A stretch of DNA of 64,000 bases from Gammaproteobacteria bacterium (GTDB lineage: Bacteria; Pseudomonadota; Gammaproteobacteria; GCA-001735895). Made by a program: the position numbers and the translations under genes. A model generated the notes under the pieces. It was not told the DNA's origin. It saw only the letters and a list, made by a program, of their open reading frames with translations, and ran no database searches. Every line of letters starts with the position of its first letter. Position 1 is the stretch's first letter. Positions 10,352-20,690 of the stretch are shown here, in pieces. The DNA lies in contig JBNKUM010000078.1 of the NCBI GenBank assembly GCA_050298595.1, positions 1 through 64,000 of the forward strand. Direction: 5' to 3'.

Positions 10352-11109
10352 GCTATATCCTCGACATAGATAACGTGAATAAAACCTTTGGTGGTTTACA
10401 CGCACTTTCAGAAGTTAACCTGAAAATAGAAAAAGGTTTGACCCATGCGATTATCGGCCCCAATGGTGCCGGTAAATCAACTCTACTCAACTGCTGCATA
10501 GGTCGACTAACACCAGACACTGGCACAGTTACCTTTAATGGTCAAAACATGATTGGCATGGAGCCACACGATATTAATCATGCTGGCATGGTACGGGTTT
10601 TCCAGACGCCTGAAATATTTCCAGACCTACCTCTAATACAAAACGTGATGATCCCTGCTTTTGCCAAACGTGATGGAACCTTTAAATTCAATCCGTTTAA
10701 AAGCATGCGCAAAGAAAGCGATATTGAAGATCAGGCAATGGCTGCCCTGGCTGATGTAGGTCTAGACAAATTTTATGATCAAACCGCGGGCAGTATTTCA
10801 CGCGGTGACAAAAGGCGTCTTGAACTGGCCATGGGGCTGATTCAGCAACCTAGCCTGTTACTGCTCGACGAACCTACCGCTGGCATGGCTCGTCATGACA
10901 CTAATAGCACCATAGCGCTACTACAGAAAATTAAAGAACGTGGCATGACCAAGATTATCATCGAACATGATATGCATGTGGTTTTCAGTCTGGCTGATCG
11001 TATTAGTGTACTGGCCCAGGGTCGCATTATCGAAACCGGCACACCCGAAGAAATTAAAAATAGTACCAAAGTAAAAGAAGCCTATCTGGGAGAATCTGAA
11101 GATGAGTAA
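10348..11109 (+). CDS. ABC ATP-binding protein (LivG-like)
   Basis: [29 protein letters not shown]. Confidence 0.93.
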   Translation: MSYILDIDNVNKTFGGLHALSEVNLKIEKGLTHAIIGPNGAGKSTLLNCCIGRLTPDTGTVTFNGQNMIGMEPHDINHAGMVRVFQTPEIFPDLPLIQNVMIPAFAKRDGTFKFNPFKSMRKESDIEDQAMAALADVGLDKFYDQTAGSISRGDKRRLELAMGLIQQPSLLLLDEPTAGMARHDTNSTIALLQKIKERGMTKIIIEHDMHVVFSLADRISVLAQGRIIETGTPEEIKNSTKVKEAYLGESEDE

Positions 11110-11881
11110 TGACACCCTGATTGATAAGTTTGATGTCAAGGACCCGGTTGAAAAAGTATTAAGCCAGGGTTCTGCACCTTCGTTTTTTTCCTGCTGGGAT
11201 ATGCATTCCTATTACGGAGAAAGTTACATAGTACAGGGTGTAAACTTTGATATCCGTGAAGGTGAAGTAGTCGCACTGCTTGGTCGAAACGGGGCTGGAA
11301 AAACCTCTACTTTACGCTCAATTGCACGCCTGGATAGCCCCATGGTAACTCATGGTGAAATCTGGCTGGATCATCAACCGCTGCATAAAATGCAGGCCTA
11401 TCAGGCGGCACAATGTGGCGTTGCGCTGGTTCCTGAAGATCGCCGTATTATCCCCGGATTAACCGTGCAGGAAAACCTTGAACTTGCTCAAATCGCTCCA
11501 CCAGTAGGCTGGACCATTGAGCGTATCTATGAACATTTTCCGAGACTAGCTGAACGCCGCAACCAGATCGGTGTAACCCTCTCTGGTGGTGAACAACAAA
11601 TGCTTGCTGTGGCTCGCGCATTAGCTCGTGATATTAAACTGTTGCTACTTGATGAGCCATACGAAGGACTTGCACCGGTTATCGTGCATGAGATTGCCAG
11701 CATCGTCGACAACATCAAACAGTATGGTATTACTACTATTATCGTAGAACAGAATGCAGTAGCTGCCTTACGCCTGGCAGACCGCGCGCTAATTCTGGAT
11801 ATGGGTAATATAGTGTTCGATGGCACTGCTCAGGAAGTGCTGGATGATGAAGCCCTGCGCCACGAGTACCTGGCTATTTAG
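11102..11881 (+). CDS. ABC ATP-binding protein (LivF-like)
   Basis: GRNGAGKTS, LSGGEQQMLA, LLLDEP, VEQN. Confidence 0.93.
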   Translation: MSNDTLIDKFDVKDPVEKVLSQGSAPSFFSCWDMHSYYGESYIVQGVNFDIREGEVVALLGRNGAGKTSTLRSIARLDSPMVTHGEIWLDHQPLHKMQAYQAAQCGVALVPEDRRIIPGLTVQENLELAQIAPPVGWTIERIYEHFPRLAERRNQIGVTLSGGEQQMLAVARALARDIKLLLLDEPYEGLAPVIVHEIASIVDNIKQYGITTIIVEQNAVAALRLADRALILDMGNIVFDGTAQEVLDDEALRHEYLAI

Positions 11882-11955
11882 AAATCAAGTCTACCCAAAG
11901 GATCTGGCGCAGCTTAATATAGCTGCGCCCAAACCACTCACAAGGGGATAACGAG

Positions 11956-12783
11956 TTGGCGATCAAGGATATTCTACTGTTCCTGGACGATGGCAAAGCC
12001 AATGCACAACGCATTCAGGCTGCTATCTGCCTGGCTAAACAGCATAAGGCGAATCTGACTGCTGTGGCACTGGGTTCTATGAAACCCGTTCATGCACCCA
12101 ACGACAGTGACCAGGCAAATGCGCGTATGGGTGAAAAGATGGCGCAAAAACTGATCGAAGAATTCACCCAGTCAGCCTTAGACTACAAATTAAAAGTTAA
12201 CACCATCATCATCTTTGGTGACTCACTCAATAGCGCTCAGAAAATGTCTCATTATGCGCGTAACTATGATCTGGTCATTCTTAGCCAGCCTAACCCTGCG
12301 CATGACAATTACAATCGCTTAATGGAGTTTGCCAAACAGGTTCTATTGCACAGCGGTCGTCCAGTTTTTTTTATGCCTTATATAGGCGCAAATAAAATTC
12401 CGCTGCAAAAAGCGATTGTTGCCTGGGACGGTACTCCTGCGGTAAGTCGCTCACTACACGACGCCATCCCATTACTTAAAAAATTAAAAAAGGTTTATTT
12501 ACTGGTGGTTGCCAGTCAAAAACAGCAACATAGTAAGAAAGAAGTTCTGGTTGATGGACTACTGAGACATCTACACAATCACCGTGTTAATGCTCAAATT
12601 CTAAAAATAAATCCTGGCCCGAATTCCGTGGCAACAGTCATTCAGAATCAGATTAGCGATAACGATATTGACTTACTGGTTATAGGTGGACATGGCACAC
12701 CGAGCTTGAAACAAAAAATCTTTGGCAGCGTCACTGAAAAATTACTGACATCGATGGTGGTACCGGTACTTATGTCTGATTAA
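11956..12783 (+). CDS. Universal stress protein (tandem USP)
   Basis: KDILLFLD, VLLHSGRPV, VAWDGT, LLVIGGHG, FGSVTEKLL, VPVLMS. Confidence 0.88.
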   Translation: MAIKDILLFLDDGKANAQRIQAAICLAKQHKANLTAVALGSMKPVHAPNDSDQANARMGEKMAQKLIEEFTQSALDYKLKVNTIIIFGDSLNSAQKMSHYARNYDLVILSQPNPAHDNYNRLMEFAKQVLLHSGRPVFFMPYIGANKIPLQKAIVAWDGTPAVSRSLHDAIPLLKKLKKVYLLVVASQKQQHSKKEVLVDGLLRHLHNHRVNAQILKINPGPNSVATVIQNQISDNDIDLLVIGGHGTPSLKQKIFGSVTEKLLTSMVVPVLMSD

Positions 12784-13036
12784 CTTAGATTAAGTGCATT
12801 AATAATAACTAAGACACTATTTAAAATATTTGCTCTGCAACCGAAACATGCCATTTAAAAAAGATAAGTAGCGAATATGAATTCTTTTTAAAATTATTAC
12901 CTGAAACCCAATAGAGACCATTGGAATTTATATACAAAGACAGGTCCAGCAAACATAAAGATTTATAGACTTCTTGTTTACAGGGTTTTAAGCTCAGCTG
13001 TTCTTATAACTATATCATAATCCTTCGGAGGGAATT

Positions 13037-13288
13037 TTGGCTACTCAAAAACTATCCTATTGGCAGAGAAACCTGCGACTGATAGCAACATGCCTGGTGA
13101 TCTGGTTCGTTGTTTCATACGGTTTTGGTCTTCTTCTCGTTGAACCTCTTAATACGATACGTATTGGTGGATATAAACTTGGTTTCTGGTTTGCCCAGCA
13201 AGGTTCTATCTATGTATTTGTCGCTCTAATTTTTTATTACGCTCACGCAATGAATAAATTAGACGAAGAATTTGACGTTAACGATTAA
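13037..13288 (+). CDS. DUF4212 small membrane subunit of a solute:sodium symporter
   Basis: YWQRNLRL, IWFVVSYG, GFWFAQQGSIYVF. Confidence 0.9.
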   Translation: MATQKLSYWQRNLRLIATCLVIWFVVSYGFGLLLVEPLNTIRIGGYKLGFWFAQQGSIYVFVALIFYYAHAMNKLDEEFDVND

Positions 13289-13300
13289 GGGGGCTGTAAC

Positions 13301-15034
13301 ATGGATTTAAAAACACTTACCTATTTAGTGGTATTCGGCTCGTTTGCGCTTTACTTCGCTATCGCCTGGTGGGCTCGCGCTGGATCAACCAGTGAATTCT
13401 ACGCCGCTGGTGGTGGCGTTGGGCCTGTGGCCAACGGTATGGCAATCGGCGCTGACTGGATGAGTGCGGCATCATTCATCTCTATGGCCGGTTTAATTGC
13501 CTTCATGGGTTATGGCGGATCGGTTTTCCTGATGGGCTGGACTGGCGGTTACGTACTGCTTGCTATGTTATTAGCACCTTACCTGCGTAAGCACGGCAAG
13601 TTTACCGTACCAGAATTTATTGGTGACCGTTACTACTCTAATACCGCTCGTATTGTTGCTGTTCTCTGTCTGATCATCGCTTCACTGACTTATGTTATTG
13701 GCCAGATGAAAGGTGTCGGAGTGGCCTTCTCTCGCTTCCTGGAAGTTGATTATGATAATGGTTTATATATCGGTATGGGTGTGGTCTGGGTTTACGCCGT
13801 TTTAGGTGGTATGAAAGGTATTACCTATACGCAGATCGCTCAATACTGCGTACTGATCTTTGCCTACACCGTCCCTGCGGTATTCATCTCGCTACATCTG
13901 ACTGGAAATCCTATTCCTCAAATTGGTCTGGGAAGCACTATGGCTGATGGCAGTGGCATTTACTTTCTTGATAAGCTGGACATGGTGGTTACTGATCTCG
14001 GCTTTAAGGAATACACCACATCGGGCATAGATAATAAGGTTAACCTGTTTGCTTACACTCTGTCTTTGATGGTTGGTACAGCTGGGCTGCCACACGTAAT
14101 CATGCGTTTCTTTACTGTGCCTTCGGTTAAAGCTGCACGTGCTTCTGCGGGTTACGCGCTGGTATTCATCGCATTACTCTACACAGTAGCTCCTGCTGTT
14201 GGAGCAATGGCTCGTCTTAACCTGATGCAAACTATTGAACCTGCTCCAGGCCAGAATCTGGTTTATGAGCAACGTCCTCAATGGTTTAAAGACTGGGAAA
14301 AAACCGGTCTTCTGCAATTCGAAGACAAGAATGGCGATGGCAAGATTCAGTACACCTCTGATAAGGCTACCAATGAAATGGTTAAGGTTGACCGTGACAT
14401 CATGGTACTGGCTAACCCCGCAATTGCTAATCTACCTAACTGGGTAATCGCTCTGGTTGCAGCAGGTGGTCTTGCTGCGGCACTTTCCACAGCTGCAGGC
14501 TTGTTACTGGCAATATCATCATCCATCTCGCATGACTTGATGAAAGGGGTATTAACACCCGATCTATCAGAAAAGAACGAACTACTTGCCAGCCGTTTTA
14601 TCATGACTATTTCTATTCTTGTGGCTGGTTATCTGGGACTAAATCCGCCCGGATTCGCGGCGGGGACGGTCGCGTTAGCCTTTGGGCTTGCGGCTTCTTC
14701 TATATTCCCCGCGTTGATGATGGGTATCTTCTCCAAAAAGATTAGCGGCACTGCGGCAATTGCTGGTATGTGTGCAGGTATCGGTGTCACCATGCTGTAT
14801 GTATTCCAGCATAAAGGCATTATGTTTATCCCGGGCACCGCCTTCCTGGGTGATATGAAACCAGACTGGTTCTTTGGGATTTCTCCTAATGCCTTCGGCA
14901 TAGTCGGTGCTGTCGTCAACTTCGCCACTGCATTTGCAGTAGGCGCCATTACTGGCCCTGCACCAAAAGAAATTCAGGACATGGTTGATAACTTCCGTTC
15001 ACCTGGCGCTGCTGGCGCGGCTCATGCTCACTAG
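13301..15034 (+). CDS. Sodium:solute symporter (ActP-like, VC_2705 subfamily), probable acetate/carboxylate permease
   Basis: NGMAIGADWMSAASF, GKFTVPEFIGDRY, GTAGLPHVIMRFFTV, DKNGDGKIQY loop. Confidence 0.9.
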   Translation: MDLKTLTYLVVFGSFALYFAIAWWARAGSTSEFYAAGGGVGPVANGMAIGADWMSAASFISMAGLIAFMGYGGSVFLMGWTGGYVLLAMLLAPYLRKHGKFTVPEFIGDRYYSNTARIVAVLCLIIASLTYVIGQMKGVGVAFSRFLEVDYDNGLYIGMGVVWVYAVLGGMKGITYTQIAQYCVLIFAYTVPAVFISLHLTGNPIPQIGLGSTMADGSGIYFLDKLDMVVTDLGFKEYTTSGIDNKVNLFAYTLSLMVGTAGLPHVIMRFFTVPSVKAARASAGYALVFIALLYTVAPAVGAMARLNLMQTIEPAPGQNLVYEQRPQWFKDWEKTGLLQFEDKNGDGKIQYTSDKATNEMVKVDRDIMVLANPAIANLPNWVIALVAAGGLAAALSTAAGLLLAISSSISHDLMKGVLTPDLSEKNELLASRFIMTISILVAGYLGLNPPGFAAGTVALAFGLAASSIFPALMMGIFSKKISGTAAIAGMCAGIGVTMLYVFQHKGIMFIPGTAFLGDMKPDWFFGISPNAFGIVGAVVNFATAFAVGAITGPAPKEIQDMVDNFRSPGAAGAAHAH

Positions 15035-15061
15035 CAGGAAACAGTGTTAACCCACTAAGTT

Positions 15062-15094
15062 AAAAGGCCTCTTCTGGGGCCTTTTTTCTTTTTT
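15062..15094 (+). terminator. Intrinsic terminator
   Basis: AAAAGGCCTC-TTCT-GGGGCCTTTT followed by a T-rich tail. Confidence 0.8.
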
Positions 15095-15130
15095 GGAAAA
15101 TAAATTAAACAATGAATGTAGAATAAAGCG

Positions 15131-15574
15131 ATGAATAAAGATATCAGACTGGCCATCATTCTTGCACCCTTTCTTCTGATCGGTGGTTATGTAATATCCG
15201 ATCAATATCTGGAGTCAAAATCCGCTGCACCCGGAATTTTCACTTTTGCTGTCCAGGGGGAATGTGCGCCTTTCAGCTCGGATTGCATTCTTCAATCGGG
15301 TGACATGCAGATAAATATCACCGATGAGCAGGGACTAACCAAAGCCAACACCAGCTACCCTGTTGATACTGTTACTATTTCGCTGGTTAACAAGAACGGT
15401 AAAGAGATTATCTATGGACTGGAAAGAGCAGGTAACGAACAATACTGGGAGAGAAAAACTGACATACGCAGCGCATTTACCAGCACTAAAACTGCCGAAA
15501 AATTGCGCATAGTTGTTCAGAGAAAAGACAGCACCTATCTAGCTGAATTTATTCCAACAGACGGGGCACAATAA
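15131..15574 (+). CDS. Hypothetical membrane-anchored periplasmic protein
   Basis: One N-terminal TM segment, two Cys; family not recognised. Confidence 0.7.
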   Translation: MNKDIRLAIILAPFLLIGGYVISDQYLESKSAAPGIFTFAVQGECAPFSSDCILQSGDMQINITDEQGLTKANTSYPVDTVTISLVNKNGKEIIYGLERAGNEQYWERKTDIRSAFTSTKTAEKLRIVVQRKDSTYLAEFIPTDGAQ

Positions 15575-15668
15575 TTTAAAGCATTCCTGAATTTAAACAG
15601 TTATCTGTCATACACTGTTGTTAGTAATAACTAAAAACGCTAACCATTGAACCTGAAAATAAAATAGC

Positions 15669-17525
15669 ATGGAAATCGAATTAGTAGAAATCCGCGACTT
15701 TATCGCACAACAACATCCATTCGATTTACTGACCATAGATCAGTTGAACGCAATGACGCAAAAGCTGGAAATGCGTTATCTGCGTCGAGGAAAAACCTTC
15801 CCACCAACCCTCAGCAACACACCCTGCCTGTATATTGTTCGAACAGGTGCTGTTGAAATGCGTGATGCCAATAACGAGTTAATGGGCAAACTGGGCGAAG
15901 GTGATATCTACACTACGCAATGTCAGCTTATCGATTTCGATAAATCATCAGGCCATATTACGCTTGAAGACAGCCTGATTTACCAGCTGCCCTGCAACGA
16001 GCTTAAAGCGCTGTTCATCGAAAACAATGAATTCCGTAACCACTTTGAAGCCAACCTCACACAGCGATTACAGCAAGCTGCTAAATTCAACAATCACCCT
16101 GCTGATATGGGCGTTGCCAGTATGACCGTAGAAATTGGTGAACTGATCAAGAAACAGCCCATCGTACTGGATGTCAGCTCGAGTATTCAACAGGCCGCAC
16201 AGTTGATGAGTGAACACAACGTATCATCAATCATGATAACTGAGCATGACAAACTTGCCGGCATTGTTACCGATAGAGACTTACGCCGACGCTGTGTCGC
16301 AAAAGCACTGGATGTCAGTCTGCCCGTGACTGAAATCATGTCGAGTAAAATAACCACCATGAGTAGTAATGACCTGGTATTACATGCCCTGTTGTGCATG
16401 ACTAAAAAAAACATCAATCATTTACCGGTAGTTGATGGTATCGATATTAAAGGCATGTTAACAGCCAGTGATCTAACCCGTCACATTAGCGCCAATCCAG
16501 CTTTTATGTCATCTAAAATTCGCAAAGCCACATCGCTGGAAGAACTACAGAAAATTGTACACCGCTTACCAGAAATACAGCTATTGCTGTCCACCTCTGG
16601 TGTAACTGCACGTCATATCGGTGAAACCATCTCGCGCATCACCGATGTACTCACCACCCGATTAATCGAGATGGCACAGGACGATTTAGGGCCAGAGCCA
16701 GTCCCTTTCGTCTGGGTTTCTGGTGGCTCACAGGCAAGGTACGAACAAAGTTCGCACTCTGACCAGGATAATGCCCTGATCATCTCTGATGAATTAAACG
16801 AAAAAGACCGCCCCTATTTTACCGAGCTTGCGAAAAGAGTTTGCGATGGCCTGAACAGCTGCGGCTTCGTATATTGCCCTGGCGATGCCATGGCCATGAA
16901 TGAAAAATGGTGCCAGCCTTATTCGGTGTGGGAAAAATATTTTAAGGAATGGATTTTCACACCCGATCCGACGGCACTGATGTTATCCAGTATCTTTTTC
17001 GATCTACGTCCCGTATATGGTGACTTCACACTACATAGAAAACTGATCAACACCATACTGCAACAGACCTCTGCAAATACTCTGTTTATCGCGCATATGG
17101 TTTCCAATGCATTAAAACATAAACCCCCGGTTGGTTTCTTCAGGACCTTTGTACTAATCCGTGACGGCGAACATGACAATACCTTCGATATCAAGCACCG
17201 TGGCATAGTCCCTATTACCGATATCGCCAGGGTACTGGCCTTAGCCGAAGGGATTAACAAAATAAATACCTCCGAACGAATCGAAGCACTAGGCAATACC
17301 AGATCCATGAGTAAAAGCATGTCGATTAACCTGCTCGATGCACTGGAATTTATCGCCAACCTGCGTATCAAACATCAGGCTCAGCAAATTAGAAATAGTG
17401 AAGCGCCTGATAATTTCATGCCCCCTGACGATCTATCATCGCTAGAACGCAAACACCTGAAAGATGCTTTTAGCATTATCAAGCAGGCCCAGGAATCATT
17501 AGAAAAACGTTACTCAATGCCGTGA
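15669..17525 (+). CDS. cNMP-binding/CBS/DUF294 putative nucleotidyltransferase
   Basis: cNMP-like N-terminus, CBS pair (GIVTDRDLR), NTase motif GSQARYEQ..SDQDN, FFDLRPVYG, DIKHRG. Confidence 0.92.
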   Translation: MEIELVEIRDFIAQQHPFDLLTIDQLNAMTQKLEMRYLRRGKTFPPTLSNTPCLYIVRTGAVEMRDANNELMGKLGEGDIYTTQCQLIDFDKSSGHITLEDSLIYQLPCNELKALFIENNEFRNHFEANLTQRLQQAAKFNNHPADMGVASMTVEIGELIKKQPIVLDVSSSIQQAAQLMSEHNVSSIMITEHDKLAGIVTDRDLRRRCVAKALDVSLPVTEIMSSKITTMSSNDLVLHALLCMTKKNINHLPVVDGIDIKGMLTASDLTRHISANPAFMSSKIRKATSLEELQKIVHRLPEIQLLLSTSGVTARHIGETISRITDVLTTRLIEMAQDDLGPEPVPFVWVSGGSQARYEQSSHSDQDNALIISDELNEKDRPYFTELAKRVCDGLNSCGFVYCPGDAMAMNEKWCQPYSVWEKYFKEWIFTPDPTALMLSSIFFDLRPVYGDFTLHRKLINTILQQTSANTLFIAHMVSNALKHKPPVGFFRTFVLIRDGEHDNTFDIKHRGIVPITDIARVLALAEGINKINTSERIEALGNTRSMSKSMSINLLDALEFIANLRIKHQAQQIRNSEAPDNFMPPDDLSSLERKHLKDAFSIIKQAQESLEKRYSMP

Positions 17526-17528
17526 GCC

Positions 17529-18215
17529 ATGTTTAACTTCTTTAAAAGCAAAGACCAGTTAAGAGAACAGGCCTGGCACAGAGCCAGACATCCGGTAATG
17601 CTAAAGTATTTATCCCGCTCCTTCCCTTCGCCCAAAACACCCTGGGATGAAATCGAAATCGTTTCGCTGGATTTTGAAACTACCGGCCTCAATCCTCACC
17701 GACATCAGATCTTAAGTTATGGCAAGGTTCATATCCGACAGGGCCGAATACTTCTTTCCAGCGCCAGACATGAACTGGTGCGCCAGGAATATTTAATACC
17801 AGAAGAATCCGCTGTCATCCATCATATTACTGACGATGAAGTCAGAGGAGCCAGGACTCTTGAAGAAGTATTGCCCGACCTGCTGCATGATTTAGGGGGC
17901 AAAGTGATGCTGGTTCATTACAAAAAAATTGAACAGGGATTTCTAAATGCCGCCTGCCAGAATCTTTATGGATCACCCTTTATTATTCCGACTATCGACA
18001 CCTTGCCTCTATCACAACGCGTACTGGAAAAACGAAATCATTCATTGGAACCCAACCAGCTTAGACTATTTAATCTGCGCGATAGCTTCCAACTACCTGC
18101 TTATAAAGCGCATAATGCGCTCAACGACGCAATGACTACTGCCGAGTTATTTATGGTACTTGAAGGAGAGATTTCACCGAATGCCTCAACACCGCTGAAA
18201 CGATTATTGGTTTGA
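17529..18215 (+). CDS. DEDDh 3'-5' exonuclease family protein
   Basis: SLDFETTGL, IDTL, HNALNDA; directly follows the DUF294 gene. Confidence 0.9.
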   Translation: MFNFFKSKDQLREQAWHRARHPVMLKYLSRSFPSPKTPWDEIEIVSLDFETTGLNPHRHQILSYGKVHIRQGRILLSSARHELVRQEYLIPEESAVIHHITDDEVRGARTLEEVLPDLLHDLGGKVMLVHYKKIEQGFLNAACQNLYGSPFIIPTIDTLPLSQRVLEKRNHSLEPNQLRLFNLRDSFQLPAYKAHNALNDAMTTAELFMVLEGEISPNASTPLKRLLV

Positions 18216-18717
18216 ATCACATTAGACTATTCAACGATCGATTTAATCTCACAGGTGAAACGATTCACTTCCCTGACTGAGTCATGCTTTACGAGTACCA
18301 CTTCAACAACGTCATTTTCGCATCTGGATTAACCCATACCGAATAGCTGTCACCACGTTGTTTTACCAATAGCTTTTCAGATAGTCGCAATAAAAAGCAT
18401 TGCATATATTCGAGCGTAAGTCCGGGTTTACAGCTAAACTGGAATCAATATTTTCCAGCTTACGTAAAGCATCAAAATACGAATCCTGAACACAGTCTTC
18501 TATCGATCGATAACTCGCAACCTCTTCGGTAGTAACACTCTACGATGCTTTGCTGGAAACAATAAATGATATAGCAGTACCGTAACATTATGACTTTTAT
18601 ATATATTCTCTCACATAAAAGAATTTTACGCCGCAAGCGGCGGACTATAACCCCACCCAGGGGATTTAATATGCGCAAACCATAGTGGTCGAAAATGCCT
18701 TCTTAACTTCGAGGCTC

Positions 18718-19197
18718 TTAACTCCACAATCTATTCAATTTATTCTGGACGGCAGTTATGATCGTACTGAGACGACTTACTTCCTTCTCGGATAACATCT
18801 CACCATCCTTGATATTTTTCTTTATAGAGATAAGGCTATTATTAAAATTTTGGAGGGCTTCTTGTGTTAGTTTTCTGGCATTTAAGATGAGTTCCATCTT
18901 ACTATATTGCTCATCGAGTAGTTGCTCCTGTAATAGCAACTTCTCCTGTTCTATTTTCAGTTTTCTAGCATGAGAAATATGAGCATAAATGCTCATGGCC
19001 ATTATTAAGATGACGATGAGGGACCTCATCCATAATTCATTAATATCTTTTGGGAGTAGCTCTACTTTATCAAGTTTATCCAATTCTAAATGGATAAAAG
19101 ACTCTAAGAACCAAAATGCAATAGAAATTATGATACTAATAATTATGATATTAAATTTCTTCAGTATATTAGTAAAAATTAAAATAGAATTGTGCAT
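18718..19197 (-). CDS. Hypothetical membrane protein (2 TM plus coiled coil), AT-rich
   Basis: 159-aa ORF resembling the N-terminus of a sensor protein without an output domain. Confidence 0.55.
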   Translation of the reverse strand: MHNSILIFTNILKKFNIIIISIIISIAFWFLESFIHLELDKLDKVELLPKDINELWMRSLIVILIMAMSIYAHISHARKLKIEQEKLLLQEQLLDEQYSKMELILNARKLTQEALQNFNNSLISIKKNIKDGEMLSEKEVSRLSTIITAVQNKLNRLWS

Positions 19198-19574
19198 TTT
19201 AAAAATTATCTTAGTGAGAATTAGTGTTTGGTCGATTCATATAGGGCATTACAATACTCTATCAGACTTAAACAAACCTTTAAAATTTGAATACCAGTGT
19301 TTACGACCAGTCACTCAAATACATCTGGTGAACAAGTGCTATTGACCCTGCGAGCGGTCAACTGAGGAATCCAGGTTCAAACTTCTGTCGCTCCCATGCC
19401 TGCTCCGCGACTCCGGAATAAAGGCTATCCCTGACTCTTTAATGCCTCTCGCCACAACCAGTCAACCATTTCAAAAAATGCGCATTTTTTAAAAACGTGA
19501 TCATTAATCTTGATTCATGATTCAAATTCAGTTCCCATACCCTCCATCAATTGAAAAAGGCTGGAGGAATCTAA

Positions 19575-20690
19575 ATGGGACTGTTTGACATGCTTGGCGG
19601 CGAATTCATCGACATCATCGAGTGGATCGACGATTCTAATAACACTCTGGTTTACCGCTTTGAGCGCTATCAGAACGAAATAAAAAATGGTGCAAAACTC
19701 ACGGTTCGAGAAGGACAGATGGCCGTCTTCATCAACGAAGGCCAAATCGCTGACGTCTTCAGCCCTGGCATGTATGAACTCACCACCGAAAACCTGCCGA
19801 TCCTTTCCACTATCAAGGGCTGGGTTCACGGATTTAATAGTCCCTTTAAAGCCGAAGTCTACTTTATCAGTACCCGCAATATTACGGACCAGAAGTGGGG
19901 TACCAAAAGTCCGATCACGCTCTCCGACCCACGCTTCGGTATGCTCGAAATTCGCGCCTTCGGAACCTACGTAATCCGAGTAATAGATGCGCCCCTTTTC
20001 ATTCGCGAAATCGTCGGAACTGATGGACATTTCACCTCGGATGAAATCGCTGAACAGCTGAGGTCACTCATCGTCACCCGTTTTACCGATGCCGTTGGAG
20101 AAGCCGGATTTCCCGTTGAAGCCTTCGCCGCCAAAACCAATGAACTCTCCGAATTCGTTCATAAAGATATTGCGCCCGGATTCGAGCAGTACGGCATCGC
20201 AATCACTCAGTTCCTGATCGAAAACGTCTCTATGCCCGAGGAGATCAAGAGAGAGATATTCGAACTCAGCCGTTTGCACGCTGTCGACCTCGACAAGCTG
20301 ACCAAAATGAAAGCTGCCAAAGCGATGGAAGCTGCAGCCAACAATCCATCCGGAACCGCCGGAGCTGGAATGGGCATGGGCATGGGCTTTGCGATGGCCA
20401 ACCAGATGGGCCATGCCATGGCTTCGCAACAACCTGCGGCCGCCACGCCTCCACCAGTTCAATCATCTCCGCCACCCATCCCAGCTGCACGCACCTTTTT
20501 TGCAGTCGTCAACGGTCAACAGGCAGGACCGTATGACATGAACACTCTAAAACAGATGGCCATTCAACAGAAGATCAACAGCGACACCCTCTTCTGGCGC
20601 GAAGGCATGACCAACTGGACAGTCGGCAATCAACTGCCGGAACTGGCCTCCATCTTCAGCAGCGTACCACCCTCCATCCCAGGGGCCTGA
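19575..20690 (+). CDS. SPFH/Band-7 domain protein (YdjI-like) with C-terminal GYF_2 domain
   Basis: EFIDIIEW, LTVREGQMAVF, SPFKAEVYF, KWGT; AGMGMGMG linker; NGQQAGPY...WREGMTNW. Confidence 0.88.
   Translation: MGLFDMLGGEFIDIIEWIDDSNNTLVYRFERYQNEIKNGAKLTVREGQMAVFINEGQIADVFSPGMYELTTENLPILSTIKGWVHGFNSPFKAEVYFISTRNITDQKWGTKSPITLSDPRFGMLEIRAFGTYVIRVIDAPLFIREIVGTDGHFTSDEIAEQLRSLIVTRFTDAVGEAGFPVEAFAAKTNELSEFVHKDIAPGFEQYGIAITQFLIENVSMPEEIKREIFELSRLHAVDLDKLTKMKAAKAMEAAANNPSGTAGAGMGMGMGFAMANQMGHAMASQQPAAATPPPVQSSPPPIPAARTFFAVVNGQQAGPYDMNTLKQMAIQQKINSDTLFWREGMTNWTVGNQLPELASIFSSVPPSIPGA

Noticed and set aside
12966-12980. CrbR-like box TAGAC..GTTTA upstream of DUF4212/SSS
   Set aside because: The spacing and right half deviate from the TAGAC-N4-GTCTA pattern I recall, and no CrbS/R genes are in the window.
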